A stretch of 51,249 bases of DNA from a virus (IMGVR_UViG_3300033145_001039:1-51249); one strand, 5' to 3'. Positions 27,842 through 37,569 are shown, counted from the stretch's first letter. The notes: generated by a model not told the origin, from the letters alone. A program made the numbers and translations.

Positions 27842-28788
27842 AATACTCCGTTGAAGTAGGCCAGCGCAATATCCCGAGTCTTTCGTTCCACCAACTTGCG
27901 GGCAGCCCGAAAGTCAAACTTGCCAACTCTGTGCTTTTTTACAAAGCCCCAAAGCTCCTCGTTGAACACATCATGCCATGCCCGCCCTAGGATCTCGGGC
28001 ATATTGCGCACACTCACCGAGCCCCGCTCATCACGTATCTTGTCAATGATCTTGAGCACTAGGTGCTCAGTTACACAGGCTGCGGCAAACTGAAGCTCTA
28101 CTGGCTCTTTATGCCCAGCACCGAAATGCAGTTTGTTCTTTTCCCTGAAATCAGCAGAGACCAACTTGCCCCATACCGTACGGCCATAGCAGTTTACAAA
28201 GTCATATCTCTTAGCCACTATACCTTCGCGTTCACCACCACCCAGCAGGCTAGGCTCCTGGGTCAAAGGGACAAGATCCGCCACGGTAGGATTCTCCATA
28301 ACTGCAATATGTGGCACCATTTCAATCTCGAATAAAGAGAGAACATCTTTGTATTCTTGCCAAGGAATATAACTGCCATCCCGAAGCTGCACATCGAACA
28401 CGTACAGCTTGTTCATGTACTCAATGGGATAGACAACGCTATGACGAACTAGCCACTCACCTCGCAAGATCCAATCAGGATGGGATTGGAAAAGTTCTTT
28501 GATTCCATCGTGGGCTAGCACATATTCGACAAGGCCCCTGAAACCGTTAGGAGGTTCACCGCCAATAGATATAGCCCGGTTACGTGTACAAACTAAAAGC
28601 CCAGCATCCTCATCCCATGCTACGGTGGCATTAGCTCCATCAATCTTCTCCTGTACAACTACCGTGCCATCAAGCAGGCCGTCTACTTCATCGTCGCCAA
28701 GTCGCTCGACATGTTGATAACGATATAGCCAGTCACCGTACAGCTTCCTTTGCTCTCGCAGCTTGGCCTGGAATTCCGCTGCCTTCAC
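27838..28788 (-). CDS. ATP-dependent RNA ligase (Rnl2-like nucleotidyltransferase)
   Basis: Motif I QEKIDGAN, GEW, FDV, EGIVAK, GKLV. Confidence 0.8.
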   Translation of the reverse strand: MKAAEFQAKLREQRKLYGDWLYRYQHVERLGDDEVDGLLDGTVVVQEKIDGANATVAWDEDAGLLVCTRNRAISIGGEPPNGFRGLVEYVLAHDGIKELFQSHPDWILRGEWLVRHSVVYPIEYMNKLYVFDVQLRDGSYIPWQEYKDVLSLFEIEMVPHIAVMENPTVADLVPLTQEPSLLGGGEREGIVAKRYDFVNCYGRTVWGKLVSADFREKNKLHFGAGHKEPVELQFAAACVTEHLVLKIIDKIRDERGSVSVRNMPEILGRAWHDVFNEELWGFVKKHRVGKFDFRAARKLVERKTRDIALAYFNGVL

Positions 28789-28984
28789 GACCGCCCCCCT
28801 TGTTATATCCGACCGCTGGAACTAGGTGTAGCCTCTGCTCGCCTCCGTCAACTAGCACTGCTCCTTCAATAGTAATCCTGCGAATGCGCCCCTGATGCAT
28901 ATGCACCACTAGCTGCCCTGTATATCCCAGATTGGCTAGCTCTTGTAACTGACGATCACACAGCTCTATATCGGCAAGCGACAC
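28733..28984 (-). CDS. Small hypothetical protein (DUF2292-like)
   Basis: GYTGQLVVHMHQGRIRRI pattern. Confidence 0.45.
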   Translation of the reverse strand: MSLADIELCDRQLQELANLGYTGQLVVHMHQGRIRRITIEGAVLVDGGEQRLHLVPAVGYNKGGGREGSGIPGQAARAKEAVR

Positions 28985-29377
28985 CTAGCTCCTCCGCGGC
29001 CGCCATGATACTGGACACACCCCCCACTCCCCATTTTCATCGGGTTTATAGGGTTCGCTCTCTTTTATCACACGCAAAGTACCAGATAGCCACCGCAGAG
29101 GATAGCCACCCGTAGGACTTAGTAACAGCTCGACATCAACTTCGCGCACAGTCTTATCATTCCATCCTGGAACTTTGCGCACTCGTTGGATTTTATATCC
29201 TTGAAAGACCGGGATAGCGGGCTCCGCCTTGGAATCCCGAAAGGTTAGCTGGGCAAACTCACGCCAACTCTTCCTGGGCTTATCTTGAGGTCCCCTCATT
29301 AGAGCCTCAAGAAACCCCTTGACGACAGCCTTGATTGCTGGTACCTCTTTCGGCCCAGGCTTACCTTTCTCAGTCAC
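28985..29377 (-). CDS. Hypothetical protein
   Basis: Coupled ORF; C-terminal E..PYKP...GEWGV motif. Confidence 0.7.
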   Translation of the reverse strand: MTEKGKPGPKEVPAIKAVVKGFLEALMRGPQDKPRKSWREFAQLTFRDSKAEPAIPVFQGYKIQRVRKVPGWNDKTVREVDVELLLSPTGGYPLRWLSGTLRVIKESEPYKPDENGEWGVCPVSWRPRRS

Positions 29378-29688
29378 GGTGTCCCCTTGTAAGGCCCTAC
29401 TACGTCTACTGCACGTACCTCTAAGGTGTGCCCGTCCACATCGATAATGCCGGTCTCGCCTTCAACTCCTACATATTGCAACATAGGCCCTACCAACATG
29501 GCACGGTCTACCGTCTTGATATATTCACCATCAAGATAGATTTCGTAGTCGGCCACGTTGGGGCTGGGCACTGGCCCAAGCACGCCCCACTCATACCCCC
29601 ACATCTCGCCGGGGACCACCGAAAACACTACGGCTAGCCCCACCAGCACCACCGATATGCCCACCACTACACCAATCCACCAATTCAT
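29374..29688 (-). CDS. Membrane-anchored hypothetical protein
   Basis: N-terminal hydrophobic helix. Confidence 0.65.
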   Translation of the reverse strand: MNWWIGVVVGISVVLVGLAVVFSVVPGEMWGYEWGVLGPVPSPNVADYEIYLDGEYIKTVDRAMLVGPMLQYVGVEGETGIIDVDGHTLEVRAVDVVGPYKGTP

Positions 29689-29945
29689 GTTTCACCCCCC
29701 AATCCTTTCCCCTTAAAGACTCCCCTAATAGGGATTTCTACGCGGCCCCGCCCCAAAGATTTCTGCCCCGGAGCCCCCTTTGGACAATATTCCAGTACCA
29801 GCATAGGACTTTCGTTTCGTATGTCGTGGAAAATACCGATCAACGTCAAATGCTTGATGTGTTCCCCATTGATATAGATATTTGTCGCCCAAGGTTCCTC
29901 AAAGCGTATCTCTACATCCTGTGCGAGTTTTTCTTCTATATTCAT
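29685..29945 (-). CDS. Hypothetical protein
   Basis: RBS AAGGAG; MNIEEKL... Confidence 0.6.
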   Translation of the reverse strand: MNIEEKLAQDVEIRFEEPWATNIYINGEHIKHLTLIGIFHDIRNESPMLVLEYCPKGAPGQKSLGRGRVEIPIRGVFKGKGLGGET

Positions 29946-30175
29946 GCCATACTCCTTATCAGTGCATTCCCAACTGCCCAAGCAGCAAGCCCCAATGTAA
30001 CGGCTATTGCCACCAAAAGAACCCATTGCCCGACCTTGTATACCACGCGCCCTTTCTTGGGCAACCGCTGCGCCTCTCCGTCTGATGTAGTCACGTAGAA
30101 CCAGACAGACCAGCCCATAGCTGCTAGAGTAAGAAGCACAGCAAATCCCAGGAATGGAGCTGCTATATTAGGCAT
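29942..30175 (-). CDS. Two-transmembrane-helix small protein
   Basis: Two hydrophobic stretches; RBS GGAGG. Confidence 0.6.
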   Translation of the reverse strand: MPNIAAPFLGFAVLLTLAAMGWSVWFYVTTSDGEAQRLPKKGRVVYKVGQWVLLVAIAVTLGLAAWAVGNALIRSMA

Positions 30176-30365
30176 GGGTCCCTCCAGGAAAAACAATTAT
30201 CCCCTCATCCCCAGCGCATACTTCAAAGCCCGCCTCTTCCAGCACATGCTCGACAACCTCTGTGAGATCCGATGTGGGCTGCAAAACAATCGCCCATTGT
30301 CCGGGTTCAGCACTAATAGTGATCTGGGGATTCAGACAAGCTTTCCTAACGATCTTTGCATGCAA
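30168..30365 (-). CDS. Small hypothetical protein
   Basis: TTG start directly after the GGGGGCGGTCGG motif. Confidence 0.5.
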   Translation of the reverse strand: MHAKIVRKACLNPQITISAEPGQWAIVLQPTSDLTEVVEHVLEEAGFEVCAGDEGIIVFPGGTHA

Positions 30366-30408
30366 ACCGACCGCCCCCTCTGGTCACATTCTACACAATC
30401 TGGGCCAA

Positions 30409-31953
30409 TCAGACAAACAACTGTACCCGTTGCCAAATTGGCCTTTCGTCCCGAACCACCTCAGAATACGTAAATGCATGGGCATAGTGATCCGGCCCGC
30501 TCTCTACCCAAGATGCGTACTCCTTTCCACCGCCCCGTACGATCTGCCTAGTTAGCACCCGGAAATGTCTGATCACCTCCTCTGGCAGATCCTCGGGCAC
30601 TGATTCTTCCTTGTTCAGTATGCGGGCAAAAGCACGGTCCATCGCCTCTGTCCTAGGGACCGTGATAATCGTTACCCCATCCTCCTGTGTCTGTTTCCCC
30701 CCAATCGCCGTCGGGCTGGTATGGTAGCGTATAAGCACGACGCGCCCGGGGAACCTCCTGGCAAACTCTTTTGCCTTAGTTGTCTCTGGCATCGCATCAA
30801 TGCCGCACATCTGAACGTTGTACGCCTGCATTTTTCTTTCCAGCTCATGCCAGTCACACGTTCCTGTCCATACCGTGCCCCCCTCTATGCGTCGTATCCA
30901 CACATGAAGCACAGCCCCCACATCAACCCCCATAACCGTTGGCCGATCGGAGCTAAGGGCCATCTGGCCACCCCTCGGCAAAGCTCTGAATGCTTGCTCA
31001 TCTATCCGTGCCCCTTCTTGGGCATACGGCAGGCCAAGGTGAAAGTTAAAGAATACCTGTAGCTTAGTGGCGTCTCCCTTGGCCTCTTTCCAAAGCTCCA
31101 TCAACTCCCAAGGTCGCACCGTGGGAGATATGAGCTGCGACATTCTAAATGACCGATAGGGGGCATCCGGATTAAGTGCCCGCCACTTGCCCGAATACTT
31201 ATCAATGGGGCATCCACACTCGGGACAGACAATACTTTCCGGTTTCCCGGGGTCAATACTATCCGGCCAACGCGGTTCGGCTCTTGTCCCACACTTCGGG
31301 CATTCAATCTCCCAAACTTCCTGCGTGCCCTCTAGGTAGGCCAGATGAATCCCGGACTCGGGAAACTGTGGGTTCGAAAGGTCAACTTTGTACTTGTACC
31401 GGCTAGCGCCCAAACGAGATTCTGCTTGCTCGCGCCCCTCGGGGTCCATGGCCCCAAACTCATCTCGCACCAAGGCACCGACCGGAATCTCAAGCAGTTT
31501 TTGCTTTGAGTTAGCACCGCGCAGATACAGAGACTGCCCAAACCCAATCTTGAGCCCTACGTTATCTGTGTCCGTAAATGCGTGCTTGAGGTAGGGAGAC
31601 AGTTTGATCGCTTTGTTTACCCGAGCTTGGGCAAAATCTGAAAGCTGGCGATCCGTGGGGAGCATGTACAGCACGCCCTCTTGCCGTCTGTCCATAAACC
31701 AGAATGTGAAGTTTAAGGCTGCTTCGGTCCAACCACTCTGAGCACACTTCATCACTACAATGCGCCCACCAGGTAAGAGTGCGCCCATGGCCTCATATAT
31801 CGCCATAAGATACGGTTGGCGGAACGGCTCATCTGCAATGCTGTATGCCCCGCCATCCGGCATTCGCCGATGTGCTACAGCCCACCAGAGAGGGGTAGTC
31901 CCTTCCAGGGCTCGTATGCGTTGAGCTACAGCAACCGGACTAATCACCGGCAT
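30409..31953 (-). CDS. terL: Terminase large subunit, lambda gpA-like
   Basis: VVMKCAQSGWTE, YMLPT, RDE Walker B, LSNP, CPKCG/CPECG, MGVDVG nuclease, DHYAHA. Confidence 0.9.
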   Translation of the reverse strand: MPVISPVAVAQRIRALEGTTPLWWAVAHRRMPDGGAYSIADEPFRQPYLMAIYEAMGALLPGGRIVVMKCAQSGWTEAALNFTFWFMDRRQEGVLYMLPTDRQLSDFAQARVNKAIKLSPYLKHAFTDTDNVGLKIGFGQSLYLRGANSKQKLLEIPVGALVRDEFGAMDPEGREQAESRLGASRYKYKVDLSNPQFPESGIHLAYLEGTQEVWEIECPKCGTRAEPRWPDSIDPGKPESIVCPECGCPIDKYSGKWRALNPDAPYRSFRMSQLISPTVRPWELMELWKEAKGDATKLQVFFNFHLGLPYAQEGARIDEQAFRALPRGGQMALSSDRPTVMGVDVGAVLHVWIRRIEGGTVWTGTCDWHELERKMQAYNVQMCGIDAMPETTKAKEFARRFPGRVVLIRYHTSPTAIGGKQTQEDGVTIITVPRTEAMDRAFARILNKEESVPEDLPEEVIRHFRVLTRQIVRGGGKEYASWVESGPDHYAHAFTYSEVVRDERPIWQRVQLFV

Positions 31954-32539
31954 TATCTTCCCCCTTAGCCATCATCGTTGCCCTGCGCCACACCCGTTGG
32001 AGTACCTCTGCTTCCTCATCTGTGACCTCTATTGGCCGCTCTGTCATCTCTATTCGCTCTGTAGGCTCCCCCATCAGTAATTGCTCGATCCGTATCAATT
32101 CTCCCGCCGTGCGCACAATCTGGGGCAGCAACCTCGCACGCGTAGCAGCTGGCAACTGTGCCCATGCTCTGCGTATCTCCTGAATCGTCTCCTGGGGATC
32201 ATTGGCCGTAGGGACTAGGCCCCGACCCACTTCCCGCGCTAGCCCTACCAAGTAATCTCTCAGCCACTTGATCATCTTGGCAGTCCGCTCTCTTTCAGAT
32301 TCATTGCCTCGAACGGCCCGGGCCGCGCTCTGCCTAGCACTTTGTTTGAGATTATCCACAACCGTAGTTCTCCAGTATGATTCTCTCTGTGCCCTCCATT
32401 GCTCTTGTGCGGAATATTTTTCGACTGTGCGGATAGCCACACCATACTTTGCGGCAAGTGCCCGCAGTGATGGCCGCTCCGGTGAGGTCACGTACTCAAC
32501 CCGGATCGCTTCTTTAAGGGCTTCTTCTAGTTTTTTCAT
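31940..32539 (-). CDS. terS: Terminase small subunit
   Basis: N-terminal HTH (SLRALAAKYGV...EQW), helical, GEPTERIE; overlaps the terL start. Confidence 0.75.
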   Translation of the reverse strand: MKKLEEALKEAIRVEYVTSPERPSLRALAAKYGVAIRTVEKYSAQEQWRAQRESYWRTTVVDNLKQSARQSAARAVRGNESERERTAKMIKWLRDYLVGLAREVGRGLVPTANDPQETIQEIRRAWAQLPAATRARLLPQIVRTAGELIRIEQLLMGEPTERIEMTERPIEVTDEEAEVLQRVWRRATMMAKGEDNAGD

Positions 32540-32545
32540 CGTGTT

Positions 32546-32776
32546 CTATTCTAGCCCTCCATCTGCATGTGGGCCAAACATGATGCGGATACCGAACATC
32601 TCCCACAGTATCTTTCGGTAATGTCGAGAAGGGACTTCCTTGCCTCGTTCCCACTTGCCCCATCTATTACAAGACGCACCAAGTGCAAGAGACATCTCTG
32701 TTTGAGTGGCTCCACGCTCTTTGCGCACATCTTTTAATATCGCCGGCAAGTCCGACCGCCTCATAATTGGATACAT
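32546..32776 (-). CDS. XRE-family HTH protein
   Basis: LKDVRKERGATQTEMS..LG...WGKWERG...P. Confidence 0.8.
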   Translation of the reverse strand: MYPIMRRSDLPAILKDVRKERGATQTEMSLALGASCNRWGKWERGKEVPSRHYRKILWEMFGIRIMFGPHADGGLE

Positions 32777-32785
32777 ATCACCTCC

Positions 32786-33000
32786 CTATATCTTGCCGCA
32801 AGAATGCTCTACAAACTCTCTGCTTTTCTCCCTTTCGGTCTTCATGCAAAGTGGCACAAGGCTGAACCCCCAATTGATCCAATACTCCTTTCCACATACT
32901 GGGCACGTCCATGTTTCCGTCTCGGGGGTACAGCAAGCCCCGTCATGGCTTCCGCAACTCGGGCAAACTATGTCAATGATCCATCTGGTTCCCACGGTTA
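32786..33000 (-). CDS. Small zinc-ribbon protein (start uncertain)
   Basis: CPSCG...WTCPVCG in the 3' part of ORF 32786..33211. Confidence 0.5.
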
Positions 33001-33189
33001 GTCCACCAATAGCCTGGCTACAGACACTGCCAATGCAGCCAGAACCGACGGTGCTGCAATTGCCAATAGCCAGCTTGCCCACAAAGGAAATGTGTCCACT
33101 AGAACCCAGCCGCCAAGCCACCCCAACGAACCGAACAGCACGTATTCTCCCAAGATACCCCACATCATCTTGGTCTCTTTGCACATCAT
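32998..33189 (-). CDS. Small two-TM membrane protein
   Basis: RBS AAGGAGG; hydrophobic. Confidence 0.55.
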   Translation of the reverse strand: MMCKETKMMWGILGEYVLFGSLGWLGGWVLVDTFPLWASWLLAIAAPSVLAALAVSVARLLVD

Positions 33190-33320
33190 GTCCTCCTTTC
33201 ATTCTCCACAATCATACCCGGCCCATTTGGCCCACTCGCGCAGAGTGGGCTTTTGTTTGGTCTCCTCTTTGTCCTCATCGATCGCTCGATCAAGCAATTT
33301 CTTCTTAACCATCGTCCTCT

Positions 33321-33668
33321 TTACCATTCTGTCTTAACCGTCACGGGCCAGCCCCACCGCAGTAACCACTCCTCTAGGTAGCGCTGGAGCCCATCTGCAC
33401 CGGGATCGGCCTCATCCACATGGGCTACGTACAATTCACCACGCTTCTCGACGTGCGTACAAGCAAGATCGCCAAAGTTCACGGCCCCCGGATCGCCCAC
33501 CAGCCGGTCCAGCCGTTCATCGTCAACTGCATACTGCAACTCCGCATCCGGGCGATATAAGACCACAAGGAGGAAGTTCACACAATCTTGTATGATCTCC
33601 TCCGCCGGTGGGCGCAAATCCTCCGGCAACTTCTCCCATTGCTTCTTCCTCATTGCATGAAAATACAT
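33321..33668 (-). CDS. Hypothetical protein
   Basis: RBS GAGGAGG; ends WGWPVTVKTEW. Confidence 0.7.
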   Translation of the reverse strand: MYFHAMRKKQWEKLPEDLRPPAEEIIQDCVNFLLVVLYRPDAELQYAVDDERLDRLVGDPGAVNFGDLACTHVEKRGELYVAHVDEADPGADGLQRYLEEWLLRWGWPVTVKTEW

Positions 33669-33743
33669 GGTGCCTCCTCTCCTCCAGTATTTCAATTATC
33701 TCTTCATGCAGCAAGAGGGCTGGGTATGCAAAGAGTGTCCAGT

Positions 33744-34082
33744 TCATTTTCTCTTTTTGAGAACCAAAAACGTCGGCTTCAACTGAACCGTGAATGTGGG
33801 TGCAACATAGTAGACAGCTCGCAGATGTTCGCCCCAATCAAGAATACCTTTTTCGCGACAGAATCTATCAAAACACGATATGCAGACCATGTCCAGCCGT
33901 AAGTCTTTCGGTTTGTCACCCATGACTTGCTGCCAAAACCGATCTGTGACTGAAAAATCGAACTGTATCTTTCGCCCACAGGCTGCGCATACGCCCTCTT
34001 GATTTGGTACAGCCTCAACCCGATCTGAAGCATCTTCAAGCTCGATCACCAGAGGCCGACCTATATCCGCAAAAGCTTTCAT
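33744..34082 (-). CDS. Zinc-binding hypothetical protein
   Basis: CAACG...DFSVTD..W...CISCFD; RBS AAGGAGG. Confidence 0.7.
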   Translation of the reverse strand: MKAFADIGRPLVIELEDASDRVEAVPNQEGVCAACGRKIQFDFSVTDRFWQQVMGDKPKDLRLDMVCISCFDRFCREKGILDWGEHLRAVYYVAPTFTVQLKPTFLVLKKRK

Positions 34083-34121
34083 GGCTCACCCTCCTTTCTC
34101 CTGCCGCACAGCCGCTTTCGC

Positions 34122-34331
34122 TCATTTGTTAGCTTCCTCCCACAGTCTTTCGTAGACCTCCTCATCCGTCATCCCTCGATCGATTCCTCCCTCTTAAGTG
34201 TGGCCACACTTGCACCACCAGAACCAAGGATATTGCAGTGGATATGAAGCCAGTACGCGCGGTTCGTAACGTTTGATCATCCGCTTTCCACATCGAGGGC
34301 AGACACGAGTTTCGCTCATGGACGGTTCCAT
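34122..34331 (-). pseudogene. Possibly frameshifted small zinc-ribbon gene
   Basis: ...CPRCGKRMIKR...YPWFWWCKCGHT* (TAA 34194-34196), then GGIDRGMTDEEVYERLWEEANK* in a shifted frame. Confidence 0.35.
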
Positions 34332-34335
34332 TCCA

Positions 34336-34770
34336 TCACGCCCCTCTCTTTCTCAATCCCAAATCGCAACGCTTCTTGGCCACCGCATTGCGGTTCCTTA
34401 CCTTTCCTCGTGCTCGGTTACAGGGAAGGTCACTTATCGCTCTGGCAAGCTCTTCATCGGCCATGTACTGCCAGTTGGCGTACAAATACTCTATTTCTTC
34501 CCGAAGCCACCTATCTTTGCTATCCTGAATGCGGTGCGCTGCAGCGGTCCGAGCAGATTCTCTAAGCTTTCTCCATTTCATGCTCTGCCTATAGCAGCGT
34601 GTGCGAAACAGACTCCACACAAACTCTTCGGTATCGCCATATTTCTCTGCCAACTTCTTTACCGTTTCAGGTTTGGGTTGCCCCCTATAAGCATCAACCT
34701 CCCGAATCAGTTCTTTGAGCTGAGTCTGTCTCCACAATGTCCCTTTAGGAGTAGACACTTTTACTAGCAT
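34336..34770 (-). CDS. Putative DNA-binding protein (HTH/Myb-like)
   Basis: W..EEIEYL...MADEELA...RNRNAVAKKRCDLGL pattern; RBS GGAGG. Confidence 0.6.
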   Translation of the reverse strand: MLVKVSTPKGTLWRQTQLKELIREVDAYRGQPKPETVKKLAEKYGDTEEFVWSLFRTRCYRQSMKWRKLRESARTAAAHRIQDSKDRWLREEIEYLYANWQYMADEELARAISDLPCNRARGKVRNRNAVAKKRCDLGLRKRGA

Positions 34771-34781
34771 TCGCCCTCCTC

Positions 34782-35300
34782 CTATTCCACCGCCGCCCTG
34801 ACCAAGACCGTGTAGATAATCTCGTTGTGCCCTGGAAAGGTCTGAAAGTTCACGGAACGCCCTGTAAGACGCAACCACCAGTAACGCAACTTGCTCCTCA
34901 GAGACCATGTAAGCAGGCGGTCTATCCTCATCTTTAGCGCCGTATTCCCCAGGAAGATGCGATGATAGAGGGCAAACTCTCGGCGGCATTCATTCTCCAA
35001 ATGAGTTACGGCATAGTCCAAGGCCCCTGCAACGTCCGGTACACAGACCTGAGCACGCCACTCCCGGACCTCCAGCCGCTTTCGCTTGGGTTCAATCGGC
35101 TTGTCAGACTCAATATCTACCGATATGGCATCCGGCAACTCAAACATCTCCACCGTATCTACGTGCTTAGGTATCCCTTGGACAGTTTTTCCCTCAGTGA
35201 TAGCAGCACCAATCTCGGAAGGAAAGCAAAGCTCTGTCTCTTTAAGTGTAACGCTAGTAGGACACCGAAAGCGTTCAAATATTAAATATAGCCTAGTCAT
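34782..35300 (-). CDS. Hypothetical protein
   Basis: RBS GGAGG; MTRLYLIF... Confidence 0.65.
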   Translation of the reverse strand: MTRLYLIFERFRCPTSVTLKETELCFPSEIGAAITEGKTVQGIPKHVDTVEMFELPDAISVDIESDKPIEPKRKRLEVREWRAQVCVPDVAGALDYAVTHLENECRREFALYHRIFLGNTALKMRIDRLLTWSLRSKLRYWWLRLTGRSVNFQTFPGHNEIIYTVLVRAAVE

Positions 35301-35733
35301 CGGTTCCCTCCTCCAATGCTGCAAGGGCTTCTTCCAGCGCCTGGAACCGTTTGGCCGACTCTTTGATCGGATCGACTGTTTCAAACTGCCTTCCCAGTAC
35401 CACATAAGCCCGTGCTGCCTCGATCACCGCTTCCGACCGTTCTAATCGTGCAAACAGCTCTCGCACAACTTGGCACAGCCAAGGGTTATCCTCACGGCAC
35501 GCAGCGATGAAATCAGCATCTGCCTGGCGCACTTCAACGGAAAGACAGTCCTCATCCTCTGGATATGGGCCAAGCACTTCGGGGTCTGACAGCCATCTGT
35601 TCTGCGACCATAGCCCCCAATACCTTCCCGCACCATCTTCAGGGATTTCATCCCACTTCCACGGCCCTGGCGTCGCTTTGGCCGCCCGAGCTTCAATCTC
35701 TTCGAGCCGCTTGAGGATCTCTTGATTCATCAT
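35293..35733 (-). CDS. Ead/Ea22-like phage protein
   Basis: RLEEIEARAAKATPGPW...DADFIAACREDNPWL motif. Confidence 0.75.
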   Translation of the reverse strand: MMNQEILKRLEEIEARAAKATPGPWKWDEIPEDGAGRYWGLWSQNRWLSDPEVLGPYPEDEDCLSVEVRQADADFIAACREDNPWLCQVVRELFARLERSEAVIEAARAYVVLGRQFETVDPIKESAKRFQALEEALAALEEGTDD

Positions 35734-35947
35734 TCACCTCTTTCAGCGCTCTGAGAGCTTTCCCCAAGTCCATCATCGCGCCTAATAATCCAGGCATTTC
35801 TCTTTCGAGGGTCTGCCACTCAAATTGACGATGCAATAACAATTGCACCCTCCGTGCCGTCTCGGCCACTTCCTCTAGCCTTTCCATTCGGTCCAGTAAA
35901 TCCTGAATGGCTTCCCTCCTCATTTTGTCCAGCTTTTCACTCTGCAT
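35693..35947 (-). CDS. Hypothetical protein
   Basis: RBS GGAGG; coupled ORF. Confidence 0.6.
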   Translation of the reverse strand: MQSEKLDKMRREAIQDLLDRMERLEEVAETARRVQLLLHRQFEWQTLEREMPGLLGAMMDLGKALRALKEVNDESRDPQAARRD

Positions 35948-36347
35948 CGCCTGCCTCCATTACGGCCAGCAAAGCGGCTCGGGAAATGGCGAAGGGCAAA
36001 GACTTTGCCCTAACATTGACAGAACTCATCCCGTTCTTCGTGTCATACCAGAACATTGCAACCCACTCTTTGTTTTTCGTAAACCAAACACCATACATCA
36101 CCGGTATCATGCCCCGATTGTATAGGACTTCCGCCACTTCCCACGCCACCGCAATGTCGGTGGAAGGGGACCAATCGAGGTTGCCCGCCGGGTCTTCAAA
36201 TGCCCGGTCAAACCCGGTATCATCTCTCCAATAAGCACACCCTACCAGAACCTTGTCAATTGTGCGTTTCCATCCCATTACTCGCTCGGCTATAAGCCGA
36301 TTGAGTTTTGGGCCAGGTTCCATCCTCAAGATCTCTTCGCGGGTCAT
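35937..36347 (-). CDS. BC1872/phage ABA-sandwich-like protein
   Basis: LNRLIAERVMGW...SPSTDIAVAWEV...LPFAISRAALLA. Confidence 0.75.
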   Translation of the reverse strand: MTREEILRMEPGPKLNRLIAERVMGWKRTIDKVLVGCAYWRDDTGFDRAFEDPAGNLDWSPSTDIAVAWEVAEVLYNRGMIPVMYGVWFTKNKEWVAMFWYDTKNGMSSVNVRAKSLPFAISRAALLAVMEAGDAE

Positions 36348-36610
36348 TTCACCTCTCCCAACGACACATTTCCATGGCCGTCAACTGTTGCATAGCCCCA
36401 GGCAATCAACTGAAGCACAGCCCCACAAGCAACAGTAAGCCTGGCTGCCCTTTTAATTCCTATTGGCTCAGGTATAGCATCGGCTATCTGATCAACTAGT
36501 TTGGCATATCTCATACTTCCCTTTTGTAGCCGATCTACTGCCAGCTGCAGGGCCTCCTTCAATGCTTCCTCAACTTCCACAGTTGACTTTTTAGATTCTT
36601 TGTTCATCAC
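36344..36610 (-). CDS. Hypothetical protein
   Basis: Coupled ORF. Confidence 0.6.
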   Translation of the reverse strand: MMNKESKKSTVEVEEALKEALQLAVDRLQKGSMRYAKLVDQIADAIPEPIGIKRAARLTVACGAVLQLIAWGYATVDGHGNVSLGEVK

Positions 36611-37491
36611 GATAAAGTCACCCCCATTTTTTGAACTATCACTTCTCGTAGCCCCTCAGCCAACTTTCGTATTTCCCATTGAGCACTTGGAGATGTCCTT
36701 AGTTCAATAAAATGTTTCCACATCTCCAAGCTCATGCTCGCCACAAGGTTAGTCTTAGCCCCCAAGGGATAAATGAACCGGGCATCTTCTTTAGGCACTC
36801 CAGCTTCTATTAACCTGGTATATGCTTTTTCCGCATAAGCCACCGCAGCGAAGAATGTGCCCGTATGATGTGAATTATTTATACTAGGAGGAACTTTGAC
36901 CCCATTCTTTGTGGCATAGCAGTACCGTTGTGATTCTTGCATATAGCTAGCGATCCTGTGACGCACTATCTGATTAGCCGCAATCCGGGAAATCCGCCGG
37001 AAGTGTACTGTAACATAACTGTGGCGTGGCAGAAATCTAGCGGGCACAGGGGGCTTGTAAGCATCCATGAGATATACATTGCCGTCTACCACAGGAGCTG
37101 GCTCGGGATTTCCTTCTAGTAAAGCTTTCCATGGCCCGGGGAGTAAGGACACCATATCGCCTACTAAGTCACTACGCCGTTGTAGTAACTCATATATGGT
37201 CCTTGCATTCAAAGTGAGATAGACAGCACCACGATCCAATGATGCAGCCCATCCGTGACTATCTGCCATTATCTCCACCACTTCTTCTCGAACTTGCCGG
37301 AACCCGTTAGGGCTAACATAGAAGGTGGCTCTGGCAAACTCTAGAGATGAAAGGTGTCCAAGCTCAATTAGTTTGCTCACTAGCCGGGCGTTATTCTGGG
37401 GAGATGAAACCGCAAACGAATTATGGGAAACTCTAGCACAAGCAGCTATTAACCCCACCGGGTTCTCCGTGCAATCGATCAGCTCAAACAT
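36607..37491 (-). CDS. thyX: Flavin-dependent thymidylate synthase
   Basis: GHLSSLE, QIVRHRIASYMQESQRY, EDARFIYP, AQWEIR; start refined to ATG 37491. Confidence 0.92.
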   Translation of the reverse strand: MFELIDCTENPVGLIAACARVSHNSFAVSSPQNNARLVSKLIELGHLSSLEFARATFYVSPNGFRQVREEVVEIMADSHGWAASLDRGAVYLTLNARTIYELLQRRSDLVGDMVSLLPGPWKALLEGNPEPAPVVDGNVYLMDAYKPPVPARFLPRHSYVTVHFRRISRIAANQIVRHRIASYMQESQRYCYATKNGVKVPPSINNSHHTGTFFAAVAYAEKAYTRLIEAGVPKEDARFIYPLGAKTNLVASMSLEMWKHFIELRTSPSAQWEIRKLAEGLREVIVQKMGVTLS

Positions 37492-37506
37492 GCCGTCCCC
37501 CTTTGG

Positions 37507-37569
37507 GTGGTGGGGCGGTCGAAAAAGGAGGTGATAGGCAGAATCGCCATGAACCGACCGCCCCATCAC
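37507..37569. promoter_or_regulatory. Inverted repeat of the GGGGCGGTCG motif enclosing a perfect SD/anti-SD sequence, in the thyX leader
   Basis: TGGGGCGGTCG(37511-37521) AAAAAGGAGGTGAT...CGACCGCCCCA(37555-37565). Confidence 0.6.

Noticed and set aside
33231-33260. Plus-strand terminator-like hairpin GCCCACTC-gcgca-GAGTGGGC-TTTTGTTT as a third sRNA
   Set aside because: No convincing upstream promoter; it may simply stop antisense read-through or act bidirectionally
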